Origin: Obrimoposthia wandeli
Taxonomy: Eukaryota
DNA length: 64,000 nt
Assembly (NCBI GenBank): GCA_977020255.1
Contig: CDROCS010002946.1
Coordinates: forward strand, 186,001-250,000
Direction: 5' to 3'
Numbering within the stretch: position 1 is the first letter of the stretch; the number at the start of each line of letters is the position of its first letter. A program made the position numbers and the translations under genes. Below are positions 61,721 to 64,000 of this stretch, piece after piece. The notes below the pieces were generated by a model. The model saw only the letters and a list, made by a program, of their open reading frames with translations, was not told the origin of the DNA and made no database searches.

Positions 61721-64000
61721 AATTTACTTATAAACTACAATATTTATTTGTTGTTGTATATATTTAGTTTAAAATGTTGTAAGTTATTACTTTAATATAA
61801 TTTTCAACAAAAACTTCAAGTAGTTTACTTATTAAACATAAGTTTAATGTTTTGTACAATAAATTGACTTGTAAACATAAATTATTTTGATATATTTTCA
61901 ATTTAATATGTTGTAAGTTATTACTTTAATATAATTTACAACAAAAACTTCAAGTAATTTACTTGTAAACTACAATATTTATTTGTTATATCATATATTC
62001 AGTTTAAAATGTTGAAGTTAATACTTTAATATAATTTTCAAACAAAAACTTCAAGTAGTTTACTTATTAATCATATATTAATGATTTGATCAATAAATTG
62101 ACTTGTAAACATAATATAATTTGTATATTTTCAATTTAACATCGTTTTAAGTTAATACTGTAATATTTCATTACATAAAAAAGTAATTGAGGTTTACTAT
62201 TTGTTTACAATAAATTTATGCATATATATTCATTTTATTAGGCGTTGTGTTATTACTTTATTATAATTTTCAACAAAAACTTGCTAGTTTACTTTATTAA
62301 ATATAAGTTTAATGTTTTGTATAATAAATTGACTTGTAAACATAATTTATTTTGCATATTTTCAATTTAATATGTTGTAAGTTATTACTTTAATATAATT
62401 TACAAATAAACCCAAGTAATTTACTTGTAAACTACAATATTTATTTGTTGTTGTATATATTCAGTTTAAAATGTTGTAAGTTAATACTTTAATATAATTT
62501 ACAACCAAATCTTCAAGTAATTTACTTATTAATCATAATTTTAATGATTTGATCAATAAATTGACTTGTAAACATAATATAATTTGCATATTTTCAATTT
62601 AACACGTTGTAAGTTAATACTGTAATATTTCATTACATAAAAAAGTAATTGATAGTTTACTATCGTTTACAATAAATTTATGCATATATTCACTTTAATA
62701 TGTTGTAAGTTATTACTTTATTATAATTTTCAACAAAAACTTCAAGTAGTTTACTTATTAAACATAGTGTTTAATGGGTTTTGGTATAACAAATTGACTT
62801 GTAAACATAATATAATTTGCATATTTTCAATTTAATATATTGTAAGTTATTACTATAATATTACATTACATAAAAAGTAATTCATAGTTTACTATCGTTT
62901 ACAATAAATTGACTTGTAAACATAATATATTAATGCATATATTCACTTAAAAATGTTGTAAGTTATTACTTTAATAAAATTTTCAACAAAAACTTCAAGT
63001 AGTTTACTTATTAAACATAAGTTTAATGTTTTGTACAATAAATTGACTTGTAAACATAATTTATTTTGGTATATTTTCAATTTAATATGTTGTAAGTTAT
63101 TACTTTAATATAATTCTCATAAACAAAACTTTATAATTTACTTGTAAACTACAATATTTATTTGTTGTTGTATATATTCAGTTTAAATGTTGTAAGTTAA
63201 TACTTTAATATAATTTACAACCAAATCTTCAAGTAATTTACTTATTAATCATAATTTTAATGATTTGATCAATAAATTGACTTGTAAACATAATATAATT
63301 TGCATATTTTCAATTTAACACGTTGTAAGTTAATACTGTAATATTTCATTACATAAAAAAGTAATTGATAGTTTACTATCGTTTACAATAAATTGACTTG
63401 TAAACATAATATATTAATGCATATATTCACTTAAAAATGTTGTAAGTTATTACTTTAATAAAATTTTCAACAAAAACTTCAAGTAGTTTACTTATTAAAC
63501 ATAAGTTTAATGTTTTGTACAATAAATTGACTTAAACATATAATTTATTTTGCATATTTTCAATTTAATATGTTTTTTATTATTACTTTAATATAATATA
63601 TAACAAAAATCCTGGCAATTTACTTGTAAACTACAATATTTATTTGTTGTTGTATATATTCAGTTTAAAATGTTGTAAGTTAATACTTTAATATAATTTA
63701 TAACCAAATCTTCTTCAAGTAATTTACTTTATTAATCATAATTTTTAATGATTTGATCAATAAATTGACTTGTAAACATAATATAATTTGGTATATTTTC
63801 TAATTTAACACGTTGTAAAGTTAATACTGTAATATTTCATTACATAAAAGTAATTGAGAAGCTTATTATCGTTTACAATAAATTGACTTGTAAACATAAT
63901 ATATTAATGCATATATTCACTTAAAAATGTTGTAAGTTATTACTTTAATAAAATGTCTAACAAAATCTCAAGTAGCTTCATTTATTAAACATAAGTTTAA
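61721..64000. repeat. AT-rich satellite A, second array (runs off the window)
   Basis: Same monomers and orientation as 57061-58950. Confidence 0.95.

Overview
AT-rich, intron-containing invertebrate-animal genomic DNA (not prokaryotic). Two host genes can be assembled by hand. One is a minus-strand Caskin-like scaffold gene (ankyrin repeats-SH3-SAM-SAM; 11 phase-consistent exons, 29241 to 3258, both ends unresolved). The other is a plus-strand ankyrin-repeat/RING-finger gene with very short phase-0 introns (40894-43750). The rest is mobile DNA and repeats: a decayed Ty3/Gypsy copy (0.2-2.2 kb); a direct-repeat-bounded element with a decayed chuvirus-like glycoprotein and no visible pol (30.4-37.1 kb); a Polinton/Maverick remnant (PolB, adenain protease and major capsid fragments, 44.3-46 kb); several tandem arrays and satellites; and a minus-strand Ty3/Gypsy element. 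In that last element pol is followed by an env-like ORF, a coiled-coil ORF and an intact, intronless 322-aa putative RRM + DEDDh (REX4/ISG20-like) exonuclease ORF. This retroelement-exonuclease cassette is the most interesting feature. All assignments come from manual translation and motif recall; no database search was run, and identities and copy numbers are estimates by eye.
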